Origin: Hyaloraphidium curvatum SAG 235-1
Taxonomy: Eukaryota > Fungi > Monoblepharomycota
DNA: 64,000 nt
Reading direction: 5' to 3'
Assembly (NCBI GenBank): GCA_025558095.1
Contig: JAIVFI010000012.1
Location: 682,001-746,000, forward strand
Positions within the stretch are counted from its first letter, which is position 1; every line of letters starts with the position of its first letter. The notes below the pieces were generated by a model. That model was not told the DNA's origin. It ran no database searches and was given only the letters and a program-made list of their open reading frames with translations. Below are positions 22,881 to 33,618 of the stretch, one piece after another. Position numbers and translations under genes: made by a program.

Positions 22881-23480
22881 ATGGAGAAGATGCTCGACCG
22901 CGTCATGAAGGAGGTGGCGAACCTGCCCAAAGGATTCCGGCACAAGGTCCGTCCCCCCCGCGACCCGTTTCCCGTTTCCAGGACCGACGCGCTCCCCCTT
23001 TCCATTCGCCTCCCGCGCGCGTCTGCCACCCATCGCGCCACGCAGATAAAGGGCGCCGAAGCCAGGATGGTCGCCGAAGCCCTCACCGCGTGAGCGGACG
23101 GCGTCGGCGACGACTGCAACGTGACGCCCAACAACCTCCCCATCTTTTCCATGCTCTCGCCCCACCAGCGGCTCCAGCTCGTCGCCGAGGTGGCCATCGG
23201 GATCATGTGCAAGAAGGAGCCCTTCCCGCCCAACTCGCTGGAGCACGTCTCGGCGCTGTACGCCATCTACGAGAAGGTCTACACGGAAATCGAGGTGGAG
23301 ATCGATTCGGACGACCTGGTGCTGGCCGGGCAGGAGGACGACGACGGGGAGGCGCCTGCCGCCCCCGCAAAGCCGTCGCGTTCGCTGGAGGACTGGAGCG
23401 CGATGGCGGACAAGCTTGTGGCCGACTCCCGGTTCAGCCTGCGCATGGGCAAGGAGAAGCGCAAGGCCGCACGGCCAGGT
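22881..23480 (+). pseudogene. Disrupted gene of unknown function (in-frame TGA at ~23091), cut off at the retrotransposon junction
   Basis: MEKMLDRVMKEVANLPKGFRHK|intron|IKGAEARMVAEALTA*ADG...LSPHQRLQLVAEVAIG. Coding-like sequence stops where the RT ORF ends. Confidence 0.5.
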
Positions 23481-25044
23481 ACGAGCCCGCGAGCCGCGTG
23501 ATGCCCTCCATAATGCCAATCGGCCGGAGCCCCCCCTCCGGCTTGAGCAGAGGGACGAGGATTTGATCCGTGAGGAGCGGCCGGAGCATGGGGGTGTCGA
23601 GTCGGCCAGTGCACACGCCGTGCACCATGGCCGCCAGCGGGCGGAGCTTCCGCCGCGTCGCGTCGTTCTCGCAGTTGTGCACGATGAAAAGTTTGGCCAT
23701 GCTGAAACCCGACATGCCGGCCCCCACGCCGTCCTTCTTCCGGCGCAACCGGGCCCAGATGTCCTCCAGGAAAGCCGCGTCCGTGTAGGCAGGGCAGGGC
23801 GCGGGCGCGTTGGGGGGCAGAGACAGCCGACACAGCGGCTCTCCCTCCCGCGGCCCCGGGTACAGCTCCTCCAGTTCCGCCTGAAGCGTGGGCGTGAAGC
23901 CAGCCGGAACGGCCTCCCCCGAGAGGGCCGCGGACGCAGCACCAGGAGCGCCCTTCAAGGCGGCAAGCACGATGGACTTGAAGAGCTGGTAGTTGAGCGG
24001 CCGCAGCCCGTCCCGCCGCGCGCCCCGGTTGACCTGACGGGCGGCGAAGTAGTTCTGCTCGTACATGTAGTCCCCCGACATGACGTAGCCGCCAAATGCA
24101 AGGTAGGCGGTGAGAGTGCGGTGCAGGTCGGTTTCCGGCGCCGCCGGGTCCTCGTAGGCCCGTTGGAAAGACTCGCTGGCCCGGAAGGCGAGCGTGCTCC
24201 AGGTGGTGGTCCGGTAGCGGTGCTTCAGCGGCTCCGGCGGCGGCGCCCCCGCGCCCCCGCCCGGCGGCGGATCAGGCCCGGGACCCCCGGGTGGACCACC
24301 GTCGCCCGGGTCGCCCGGATCACCGCCGTTGCCGTGCCCGCCAGCCGCGGCGTTGCCGCCCGGCGCGCCGTCGCCGCCTGGGGGATCACCGCCGTCCGGG
24401 GCGGCACGCGCCGCCGCCGCCGCCGCCGCCAGCGCCGCCCGTTGCGCCTGGCCGTCCTGCGGGGCGTCGGCCGCAACCCGGGCGGCCGCAAGGGCCGCCA
24501 TCAGCGCGGGCGCGGGTGGCGAAGCACGGGGAGATGCCGACGATGCCGCTGGTGACGCCGGTCCCTCCGCGCGTCCCGTGGCAGCCGCCCGCTCGGCACG
24601 CACGCGGTCGAGGAACTCGACGAGATCGGGTGGAAGCGAAGCTAAAGAGACGCCGAGTGGCGGGTTAGCTGCGTCCGGGTTGCACGAGGTGTGCTGTCCA
24701 GAAACACCGGCACCAGAGGCGTTTGCGGCGTAGGGACGCCGGCAACCCCCGCACCGCGCTAGCCCCATGGCGCGCAACGCATCGGCAGACAGGCGCTGCA
24801 TCGCCAACCAGTGCTCCGGGCTCCGTGTGACCCGAAGATGACCGTCCCGTTTGTTTTTGTTTGGAGTTGGCTGGAAGCGGCAACCATCAACCGGGCACGC
24901 ATGGAGGCCGGGTTCAGCAGGCGCCTCCGCCATCGGCACATCGCCGTCGATGCAAGATTGGTGATGATGAGATAGAGCTCCGATGTTGGCGAAAGCTGCC
25001 GCGCAGCGGTGGCAGCTGTAAGGCAGGAGCGGCGTGCGGCTCAT
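23434..25044 (-). pseudogene. Zinc fingers plus truncated reverse transcriptase (only the N-terminal RT motifs remain)
   Basis: CHRC..HHHQSC, CPVDGC..H..H and CGGC..H..C fingers; AGMSG; LVPLLKPEGGLRPIGIMEGITRL. No YxDD motif or endonuclease domain is present. Confidence 0.8.
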
Positions 25045-25892
25045 GGCGAATACGGTGGCGGCGGCGATGCCGGTGTCCCGCCGCCAGGATCAGCTACCGC
25101 GGACGGTGCCTTGTCCGACGAGATCTCCCAATCGTCGAGCGCATGTGTCCGCATCCAAACCTCCTGTGACTCGGTCAGGTCGCCCCCCGCCCTGTGCCAG
25201 GCCGCAAGCGCCGACCACGCGTCACCGATAGCATCACGGCCGCCGTCATCGAGGAGCTCGGAACCTGGCCATTCGAGGTGCGCCGGCGAACCGGGCTCCG
25301 TGTGAGCATACCAAGGAGGCAAGGTGCGCGTCGGAGTGGATACTTCCGAGGAGCTCTGCCCCCCCCCGGCCGTTGGTGCCGGCGGCGTGCCGGGGGTTGT
25401 GCGGGGCGGCGCAGGCGGCAGCTGCAAGCTCGGCACGGCGGTTGCAGCTGGGGTTTCCCACGGAGGATGGCCTGGGTGCGCCGAGAGCATGGAAGCGGCC
25501 GAAGCCGGGGCATCAGCGATCAAGATCTGCGATGACGAGGAGGGAGATACTTCCGAGCATGCCGCCCCTTTCCCCCCCGCTGGTGCCGGCAAGCGGGAGG
25601 AGCCGCGGGGCGGCGTGGGCAGAGTGTGACCCTCGGCCAAGCTAGGCACGGCATTTGGCCGAGGGGCCCCGGGGGACGCGGGGTCAATGTCGGAAGTCTC
25701 CCCTGCTGCCGCGAACGGCCTCGGAACTCGGTGAGACGTTGTAGATAGTGGTAGTTGGCGTACCGGTGAAGACTGCAAAACAGCAAAAGATGGAGGGGCT
25801 GACCGCGCCCGGGAGGTATCCGGACGAGCTCGGCGCCGAGAAGAGCAGCCCACTACTCGGCGTTGCCACTTGCTTGGTGGTGTTTTAGGCAT
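25041..25892 (-). CDS. Pro-rich intermediate ORF of the element
   Basis: 283-aa ORF. Its ATG overlaps the ORF1 stop region and its TGA overlaps the next ATG (ATGA). Confidence 0.4.
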   Translation of the reverse strand: MPKTPPSKWQRRVVGCSSRRRARPDTSRARSAPPSFAVLQSSPVRQLPLSTTSHRVPRPFAAAGETSDIDPASPGAPRPNAVPSLAEGHTLPTPPRGSSRLPAPAGGKGAACSEVSPSSSSQILIADAPASAASMLSAHPGHPPWETPAATAVPSLQLPPAPPRTTPGTPPAPTAGGGQSSSEVSTPTRTLPPWYAHTEPGSPAHLEWPGSELLDDGGRDAIGDAWSALAAWHRAGGDLTESQEVWMRTHALDDWEISSDKAPSAVADPGGGTPASPPPPYSP

Positions 25893-28023
25893 TCAAGGAC
25901 GGTGAGCCAGGAGCCGGCAGCAGGGATCCGGTTGACGTGGAGGCGGCCTTGGCCTGGGGGGAGCCGAGCTTGCGAACGGCCGCCTTGGCCTTCCGTTCCG
26001 CTTTGGCGGATTTGACGTCGATTTGCTGATACGGCTTGGCAACCTTGTCCGGGTTTGTCCCTGCCACATCCTCCACGGGACGGCCCTTGCCTGCGTGCTT
26101 GGGGCCTGGGGCCATCGTAGGATCACCAACCGCGGATGCCCCAGCGGCCTCATCGGCCGTGTGCATGTCTTCGCTTGGTGCCTCCGAGTTCGAACCATCG
26201 CCCTCAGCAGAGGCTTCGGAGGCGGCGTCGTTTCCACCCGAGGCCTCAGAGCCGGTGGCATCCTCCTCCATCGCAGATTCCGTGCCCTCCATTGCGGGAG
26301 CAGCAAGCTCCAGATCCTCCAGCGCGGTATTGGCTGCAACCTGCTGTGCAGCACTGCTGATGGCGTTCTCAGCGGCCAGCTGGTCGGCACCACCCATGTC
26401 CTCGTCCCCATCCTTGTCAGCCGGCTCCAAAATGGGAAGACCATGGAAATCCATCTTTTCGGCGGCGTCAGACTCCCCCCAATCGACCGAAGCACCGGCA
26501 CCACCACCACCGAGTGCCGAAAACCTGTTGTGGGACGCCTTGGCCACTGGCTGGGCAAGAGCTGGGGGCGCAGAGCCTGCGCGCTTGCCGGACGGCCCAG
26601 CTGTAAGCCACTCGTTGGCCGCAGGGGCGGTGGGGGAAGCCAGATGCGGAGGAACGACCTCTTCCCTCAGGGGGGGCAGCCGCGGGGTCGTGGCGGGCTC
26701 CACCGTTGGGGGAGAGAGCCGTACGTTGGCCGGGTTGTGAATGCAGTCCGCCTCGTGCGCACGGCGTGCTTGCGGGCTGGCAAAGGCGCCGGGATTCATG
26801 CGGTTGAGACCGTCTGGGCAGTAAGCACAGTTGGTGCACGTGGCATCGTCACCGACGTGGCCGCCCGTGCGCTTGCAGTGGCCGCACTGTCCGTTGCTAC
26901 TGTCATAGCGGACAGCTGGGCGAAGGAGCTTGTGCTGGAGGAGTGTCCCCCACGAGTCAAGGAAGCAGTACGAGGGTGGGCCAATGCGTGCTGCGCGGTC
27001 AAAGAAGGCATCAACCCCGCACTGCGAGACGTCGAAAGTGACCCGCCAGAAGGCGTTGCTGTCGGTGCCCGAGATGGGAGCCGCTTCAATGACTTGGCAA
27101 GGGGCCCCATAGTGGTTCTGGAAAGTCGCGTAGAGGCGGGCCCACCAGTCCGGGCACTCGTGCACCGAACCAGGGACGATCATGGGCCCGATCTTGAGCT
27201 CGGCGTGCGTGTCCTTGAAGACAGGGTGGATGCGCAGCCGACGCGTCGGGCCGTTTGGGAACTTGACCTCCAGCACCCCCTGCTCCACCAAGGCGTTGAT
27301 AGCGTCTGCCCCGTCGACAGCACCAACAACACAGAAGAGGTCCAGTCGCGAGTAACGCGGGTTGTAGCCTCGCGTCTCGGTCGTGAAGACGGTGGTGGGG
27401 AAGGTCGCCTTCGCCACGGCTTCGGCGACGACGCGCCGTCGGTCCTTTGGCACACCGTTGAGGTCGATGAGGCAGTGGGGGACAGGCCCAATGAAGGCCG
27501 GCGTGTAGCCCCGACCGTTGGCGTGCGGTTGCACCCGATCGATGAGCTTGGCGTAGTTGGTGGGCGCCGAGAAAGGCATGGCAGAAGCCAGATGCTCCGC
27601 CATCGCGCCGTCCGTGACACGAACAATCGGGCGGTCGGGCGAGGTGCGCGACGTTGCTGCGGCGAAAGAGCGAGACCCCAGGCGCGTGGCGGGGGCGGTT
27701 GCTTTCGGGAGACGATTCTGCGGAGCCGGCTCCTCCCGGGCGCCGCCGTTGGCGGACGCGGGGCGGATTTCAGTGGTCGATTCAGCAGCGTCCTCCTTAG
27801 AACCTGTCAGCTGAGCCGTAGCACCAGCGGGGGCCGGCGCGGGCTCCTCTGCCGCGCCAGGGAGGCGAGGAGAGGCAGCGACGCCGGGAGCGTGGGAAGA
27901 GTGGACGGGATTCGCAAGCGCCTCCGAGGAGGCCGCGGCGAGCGCAGGGGAGACCTTGCCATCAGGCAGGACCACGGGAGCGGCCGCATCATTGGGCCCC
28001 TGCCCTGTGTCAGGGGGGTCCAT
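25885..28023 (-). CDS. Retrotransposon ORF1 (gag-like, zinc knuckle)
   Basis: CGHCKRTGGHVGDDATC knuckle followed by CAYC...H...C, with low-complexity flanks. Confidence 0.7.
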   Translation of the reverse strand: MDPPDTGQGPNDAAAPVVLPDGKVSPALAAASSEALANPVHSSHAPGVAASPRLPGAAEEPAPAPAGATAQLTGSKEDAAESTTEIRPASANGGAREEPAPQNRLPKATAPATRLGSRSFAAATSRTSPDRPIVRVTDGAMAEHLASAMPFSAPTNYAKLIDRVQPHANGRGYTPAFIGPVPHCLIDLNGVPKDRRRVVAEAVAKATFPTTVFTTETRGYNPRYSRLDLFCVVGAVDGADAINALVEQGVLEVKFPNGPTRRLRIHPVFKDTHAELKIGPMIVPGSVHECPDWWARLYATFQNHYGAPCQVIEAAPISGTDSNAFWRVTFDVSQCGVDAFFDRAARIGPPSYCFLDSWGTLLQHKLLRPAVRYDSSNGQCGHCKRTGGHVGDDATCTNCAYCPDGLNRMNPGAFASPQARRAHEADCIHNPANVRLSPPTVEPATTPRLPPLREEVVPPHLASPTAPAANEWLTAGPSGKRAGSAPPALAQPVAKASHNRFSALGGGGAGASVDWGESDAAEKMDFHGLPILEPADKDGDEDMGGADQLAAENAISSAAQQVAANTALEDLELAAPAMEGTESAMEEDATGSEASGGNDAASEASAEGDGSNSEAPSEDMHTADEAAGASAVGDPTMAPGPKHAGKGRPVEDVAGTNPDKVAKPYQQIDVKSAKAERKAKAAVRKLGSPQAKAASTSTGSLLPAPGSPSLNA

Positions 28024-28332
28024 TTAGCCTCAGGGACGTACGCGGTAAGCACGATGGGTTGCCTGGCACTTTGGTCCCCCGCGGCCACTCTCAGGTTCTC
28101 TACGTGCTTCCACAACTTAGGATCGGTCGCTGTGGCGCAGCTCTCTGCTGGTCGCAGCATTCACGGACTTCATCGACGGGTCAATCGCCGGCGACGAGTG
28201 GTGCCGTAGCGGAACCGCCAGCTCCGACCGAGTTAATGTGACCCGCATTCTCACAGAACACTGCGGCGCTCATGCTGGAAAGATGGAAGGCGACGGAGAG
28301 ACGGCTGAGGCCGCGGATCAGCGTCTCCCCGT

Positions 28333-29847
28333 TCAAGCCCGCGGCGGACACACGAGCTCGCCCGTCAGCACGACCCCCAGCCCCCGGAGCACGCTCCACA
28401 GCCCCACCGCCAGCGTCACCGCGGTCACCAGCAGCGTCCTCAGAGCGCCAAAGGTCACCACGAACCCCAGGAACCTGGCCCTGTACCTGTCGGCCCCGGT
28501 GTACCCGGTCAGCACCTGCACGTCGGCGTCCAGCGCTGCGGCCAGGGCCGGGTCCGCGCGGGAGGGGCACGCGAGGAGCTCCCGCCGGAGATCGGCCAGC
28601 TCCTGCGCCGCGTCGAAGTACAGCGAGCGGATGTCGTCGATCTGGGCGTTGGCGGCTGCCACGTGCACGAGGTCGAAGAGGAAGGTGGCGAGGAGCTGGT
28701 AGAGCAGGTAGGCCGGGTACAAGGCGGGGAGGCACGCGCCGGCGGCCATGTTTGCGCAGCCGGCGACGACGGCAGCGGCGACGGGGATGAGCAGAGGCGA
28801 AGACGCATTGTAGCTCCTGATACGGTTCCGCCAGCCGGAGGCAAAGATGCGGTGCAGGTCCATGTAGGCTGCGCGCTGCGGGTTCTCGGAACCTGTCCAG
28901 GAGCCGGAAAAGGCGGCGCTGCGGTACCACTCGACCAGTGGCGTCAGCGCCAGCCTCATCGCGCGGCGGTTGATTCTGCGGGACAGCTGGAGGAGCGGAA
29001 GGTTCGTCGAGAACCGACCAAAGGCGATCGGGATTCCAAAGGCAACGGTGCCTGCGAGAAAGAACGCGCACATGAATGCAGACCAGGGAGTGGCCCAGAT
29101 TGCGAGCATCATGGGAGGGAAAATTGAGGCGCCGGCCAGGAAGAAGGTGGTCATCAGGAGGTAGATGCCGAACTTGAAGGCCGATTCTGCCACCCGGGCC
29201 ACACCTGCGCGGAGCGGGATGGTTCCCGCGCACGATGCGTTGCTGCACGGGCACAGAAGGTCCTTCGGATCGTGCTCAAGCAGGGATCCCGCAGTTGCCG
29301 GGCGGCGAGCCGCGAGCTGTATCCACCGGGCGAGCCCGGCCGCACCGTGGGAAGAAAACTCTGGTGAAGACTGCGGCATCCCCGACGGTGAAGCGGATCC
29401 AACGGTCTTGAAGGTGCTCCGGTACACCGAGAAGATCGAAACCAGGAACGTGCAGGCGGTGCCCATCACAAGGAAGGCTGCCATCCCGACAGCGAGCTGC
29501 GGAACACTGTAGTACCCGCCGCCGAAGACGCAGACCACGGCCGTTAACCCAATGAAGCCCAGGAACGACCACGTGGCCCGGACGAATGTCCTTCGCGACC
29601 ACGGGTGCACAAAGACCTGCAGCCGCACGGAAGCGGCCAGGGCTCCCGTTTGGGGGCGCAGCGCGGCCAAAAGCGCCTCCAAAGTGAGCGGCCGCTCGGA
29701 GCGCACGGCGGCGGCGGGATCCCCTGGCGGCGAGGCCGCGGGGAGGTCGGGGAACCACTCCGGCGCCGCGGGGAGGACGGCGAGCCACTCGTCCTCGTCG
29801 AGGCGAAACTCCGCGGGAGGAACGTCGATCTTTGCGTCGCCCGACAT
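28333..29847 (-). CDS. 7TM family member 2 (intact, intronless)
   Basis: HDPKDLLCPCSNASC, seven hydrophobic segments, and RARFLGFVVTFGALRTLLVTAVTLAVGLWSVLRGLGV. Confidence 0.85.
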   Translation of the reverse strand: MSGDAKIDVPPAEFRLDEDEWLAVLPAAPEWFPDLPAASPPGDPAAAVRSERPLTLEALLAALRPQTGALAASVRLQVFVHPWSRRTFVRATWSFLGFIGLTAVVCVFGGGYYSVPQLAVGMAAFLVMGTACTFLVSIFSVYRSTFKTVGSASPSGMPQSSPEFSSHGAAGLARWIQLAARRPATAGSLLEHDPKDLLCPCSNASCAGTIPLRAGVARVAESAFKFGIYLLMTTFFLAGASIFPPMMLAIWATPWSAFMCAFFLAGTVAFGIPIAFGRFSTNLPLLQLSRRINRRAMRLALTPLVEWYRSAAFSGSWTGSENPQRAAYMDLHRIFASGWRNRIRSYNASSPLLIPVAAAVVAGCANMAAGACLPALYPAYLLYQLLATFLFDLVHVAAANAQIDDIRSLYFDAAQELADLRRELLACPSRADPALAAALDADVQVLTGYTGADRYRARFLGFVVTFGALRTLLVTAVTLAVGLWSVLRGLGVVLTGELVCPPRA

Positions 29848-29972
29848 GTTGGATAATGACGAAGCGCGGATACTGTAGCACGCGAAGGACAGCCCGTCAG
29901 ACAGCAGTCTGCGATAGGAATCTTCGATCCTTTGCCACTTGGCCGTCCCAACTCGAGCCCGGGCTGCACGCG

Positions 29973-31616
29973 ATGGAGACCGAACTCCCGGTGCCTTTGC
30001 TGCTGAGTGCGGACGAGTCCGCGCTCTCTTCCCCGCCGTCCGGCGGCCCCCGCCGAGCGCGACCTCGGCGGCGCCGCCCCGGATCTCCGCAGCCAGCAAT
30101 GCGACGCCGCGCACGGGCTCCGCGACCGGCCGCTGACCGAGGCCGAAGTACTGCGCGCGCTCGAGCCGCACCCGGGGCTGCGCACGGTCCTGCGGCTCCA
30201 GCTCTCTCCCTTCGTCAACTCCTACCCGGTGCTGCGGCGGATCCCGGCCTTTGTTACGACCATGACCCTCATGGCGACTATCTGGTTGCCGAATGACGGC
30301 CGGTTCGGAACTAAGCAGCTCGCGACCTGTGTGTTCGTGCCGCCGCCGGGGCTCCGAATCGCCCGCTGACGCGTTGCCAGATTGCGTCGCCCTCCCCCTG
30401 GTCTGGCTGGGCAACGTATTCGTCTTTTTCATTTTCTTTTCGTGTTCAAAGTCCCGGCACGAGAATGCCCCTCGGCGGCTCGCGTCGCCGGCCTGGAAGC
30501 ACACGCGTTGGCGCCCCTAGTGCTCTGGCTGCAGCTTTCTTTCCCAACCTCGTGCTCGGGACAACCGGATGCTGAGCATGGGGGCGCGAAGATCAGGCCG
30601 GGCGGCCTCCTCGTCGCGCACGAGCCCGACGACCGGCTCTGCCCCTGCCCCCGCGCGGAGTGCGCCGGTTGGATCCCGGGGCGGGTGCTGCTCGCGCGAC
30701 TGGCGGTGCAGGTTCCGCGCAGCCTCGTCTACTTGTTCATCACGTACTTTTCGGCGCGGTGGACCCAGCTCGTCACCTTTGGGGCGTCTACGTGGGGAAT
30801 GCCGTGGACGTGTGCCGTGGCATCGCTTGCCCGTACGCAATCGAGCTCCGCTCTACGACACGAGCAGGCCCCTGTTGAACCTGAACGCCCGCCTCACGCA
30901 TAGGGCCCTCAGGCTGCACCTGACGGTCTTCATGCGGCGCTACCGGGATGCCCTCGACAAGGACGCCGGTGCTTCAATGCCGGCCCTTCCCGAGGCGGAG
31001 CCCTACCAGGCGCTGCACCCCTGGATCGCCGCGACCTTCAACCAGCGCATCGTTCAGCTGGGCCTCTCGCAAGCCTGGTACTCTTCGATGATCGTCTGCT
31101 TCGTCGTCTACATTGCCCTCTTCATCGTAGGTGCCACCGGGATATCCACGGTACCCGCATCGCCCACCGGCCGCGCCCCGCCAGGCCACCGGATCCTGCA
31201 TCCCCCTCGCATTCTTCACCACCCTCATCCTCAACATCATCCTCCTCGTCGTCGAGCTGGGCCTCGTCGCCACCGGCAACACGCAGGTCTCCACCGCCGC
31301 AGACCTCTACCTCCAGGCCCGCCGCGAGGCCCGCGAACTTACGGCCGCGGCCACCATCCGCGCCGCCTGCGACCCCGATCCTGACCGTTCGGCCCACGCG
31401 GCGAAGCTCTCGGCGGCGCTGGTCCGCCACGCGGACGTGCTGGGCTCGTTCGCGGGCATCGGGGAGCGGAGGGTAAGGTTTCTCGGGTTCCCGGTGTCGT
31501 TCGGGACCGTGAGGACGCTGTGCATCACCGGGTTCACGGTCGGGTTCGGCCTGTGGAGCATCCTGCGCGGCGCGGGGGTGTTTCTGACGGTGGAGTCGGC
31601 CTGCCCGAACGTGTGA
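29973..31616 (+). pseudogene. 7TM family member 3, with multiple frameshifts
   Basis: HEPDDRLCPCPRAEC, an intron at 31127-31184, and VRFLGFPVSFGTVRTLCITGFTVGFGLWSILRGAGV. The 5' half is spread over several frames. Confidence 0.75.
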
Positions 31617-31806
31617 TTGGCCGGAGCGGCAAGCAGCGGGTGACCGGGATGTTCATCCATCAGGGCGGGATCATTACGTTGCTTGAGCATGCCGAAGACT
31701 TCTGATGTCAGATGTCCATGTACAGATTGCATTGCCTCCCCGGGTCCAGGCTGTGCACGATGGAACATTCCTCGTTGCGTTAGCCGGCCGCCCTCCCATT
31801 CGCGCG

Positions 31807-33433
31807 ATGGTGGCCTCCCAGCTCTCCCTCGCCGGCCAGCCCGTCGCATTCACCGCCGAAGAATGGACGGTGATGTTCCCCGCGGCCGAGGCGGGCGACG
31901 GCTCCGTATTCGAGGGCCAAGTGCCGGCGGAGGAGGATCCCGCCGCGGACCACCGCCGCGCCGACCCGCTGACCCGGACGGCGCTGCTTGCCGAGCTGCG
32001 CTCACGGAGCGCGCTGGCGCACGCGTTTGTGGCGGTGCAGTTCGCGGTCGCGCCGTGGGCCTCGCGGACCGTGCTCCGGTTCTTCCTGCACGCCGTCGGC
32101 AACATCCTCATGCTCGTCTGGGTGCTCAACAACGACGGCGGGATGTTCGTCGGCGCCAGGAGGACCTCCGGGGTCATCGCATTCGTGTTTGCTAGCCTCG
32201 GCGTCGGCCTCCTGTTCCCCTTCTTCTCAGTGATCAAGAGCAAGTACGCCGAGCTGGCGGCGGGCGCCGAGGACGCGAGCAGGCTCACCTACGCGCAGGC
32301 CGCGCGATGGTCCCAGCTGGTCCGCAGGATCGGCCAGGCCGGCGTCGCAAAGCCCGAAGACGCCGAGGCGGGCAAGGAGTCGCAGGAACCAATGTCTCTG
32401 CTGCTCGCGCACAATCCCAAGGACCCGCTCTGCCCGTGCGCCGATCCCGATTGCGCGGGGGACCTGCTGCGGACGGCCGGCATAGCCCGTGCGGGCGACC
32501 TGGTTTTCCGGATTTGCATCTACCTCGTCGCCCAGGGGCTCATAATTAACTGGACGGGGTTCGTGACTCTTGGGGACAGCCTCTGGTCCTCGCCGTCCGG
32601 CGTACTAGCGGCGATCCTTGTCAGTGAGTGCATGTCCTCAGTTCGGCCGCTTGCAAGCTCCAATCGAGCCCCCAAATCCAGTCGCCGCAAACCTCAGCTT
32701 GTTCGTCACCACGGCCGTCAGCCTCGTGCCGGCCATGCCCCCCGTGCACCAGCTCGCGCTCCGGATCCACCACCGCGCCATGTCGCTGGCACTCGCTTCC
32801 CTGTTGGCGAGGTACCAGCGCGCGCTCTTCGGTCCCCAAGACGGATCCAAGCTCGCACAGATGCCGCACGAAACGGAGCCCTACACAAAGATCCACACTT
32901 TCCTTGTCGCCAACTGGTCTCGCGGCGACCCATTCATCCTGACGGGGGGCAAGTTCTTCTCCATCACCACCGCCGTCTACATCATCTCGGGGTTCATCTT
33001 TGCCCTGGGGGGCTCCTGTATCCCGGCCTTTGTGCCCTGCTTCCTCCTCGTGCTTCTCGCCATCTTCACCCTGGACCTGGTCAACTATGCCTACGCCAAC
33101 GGACGGATCAACTCCATCACGGATCTGTACCGAGATGCGCAGCGCCACGTGCAGGAGATGATGCACCGCGCAGACCGTGCCATCCCCGCCGGCGACGCCG
33201 AACGCAGGCAGCTCCTCTTCGGCCTGCAGATCCACGACCGCATCCTGTAATCATACGTGGGCTCGCACAGGCACAAGGCCAAGCTGCTGGGTTTCCCGAT
33301 CGACTGGACCGTCATCAGGACGCTCTACCTGACCGCGATACCCGTGGTGTTTGCGCTGTACTCGGTGCTTGGTGGGGCGGGGGTCAGGTTGACCATGGAG
33401 ACCCTGTGCCCGGCGCCGAAGCCGGCGGCGTGA
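31807..33433 (+). pseudogene. 7TM family member 4, with a premature TAA at 33248-33250 before TM7
   Basis: HNPKDPLCPCADPDC and an intron at 32624-32681. After the stop the frame continues KAKLLGFPIDWTVIRTLYLTAIPVVFALYSVLGGAGV. Confidence 0.75.
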
Positions 33434-33618
33434 TTGGCGGCGCGGCCAGGATGATCGGACTTTCGGGCGACAGGTTGTACCCTACCACCGTCCGAATCAC
33501 AGGTAGAATAGACGAGGGCTTCGGCGGAGTGTTGGTCGGAACCGCTGTCCCGCTCCTCGCCCAACCCTCGCCCGTCAAAACCGCTCGCGACTGCCCCCTC
33601 CCCTACGGGCCTGAAGGG

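Larger units (their letters stand above)
23480..28250 (-). mobile_element. CRE-like non-LTR retrotransposon, 3'-truncated
   Basis: Intronless gag-like ORF, a spacer ORF, and a zinc-finger plus RT N-terminus ORF. Both boundaries are approximate. Confidence 0.8.

Noticed and set aside
28024-28250. Self-cleaving ribozyme (HDV-like or hammerhead) in the retrotransposon 5' UTR
   Set aside because: Short stems exist (e.g. GGGTCA/TGACCC, GGGAC/GTCCC), but I could not assemble a canonical catalytic core by eye. An Infernal or RNArobo search is needed.
28333-29847. 7TM family interpreted as GPCRs
   Set aside because: No GPCR motifs are present. The loop-length pattern and C-terminal motif fit inverted-topology GR-like channels better.
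33248-33250. Stop-codon readthrough or an alternative genetic code explaining in-frame stops (also 23091)
   Set aside because: TAA, TAG and TGA all terminate intact genes in this window, and neighbouring paralogs carry other lesions. Pseudogenisation is the simpler explanation.
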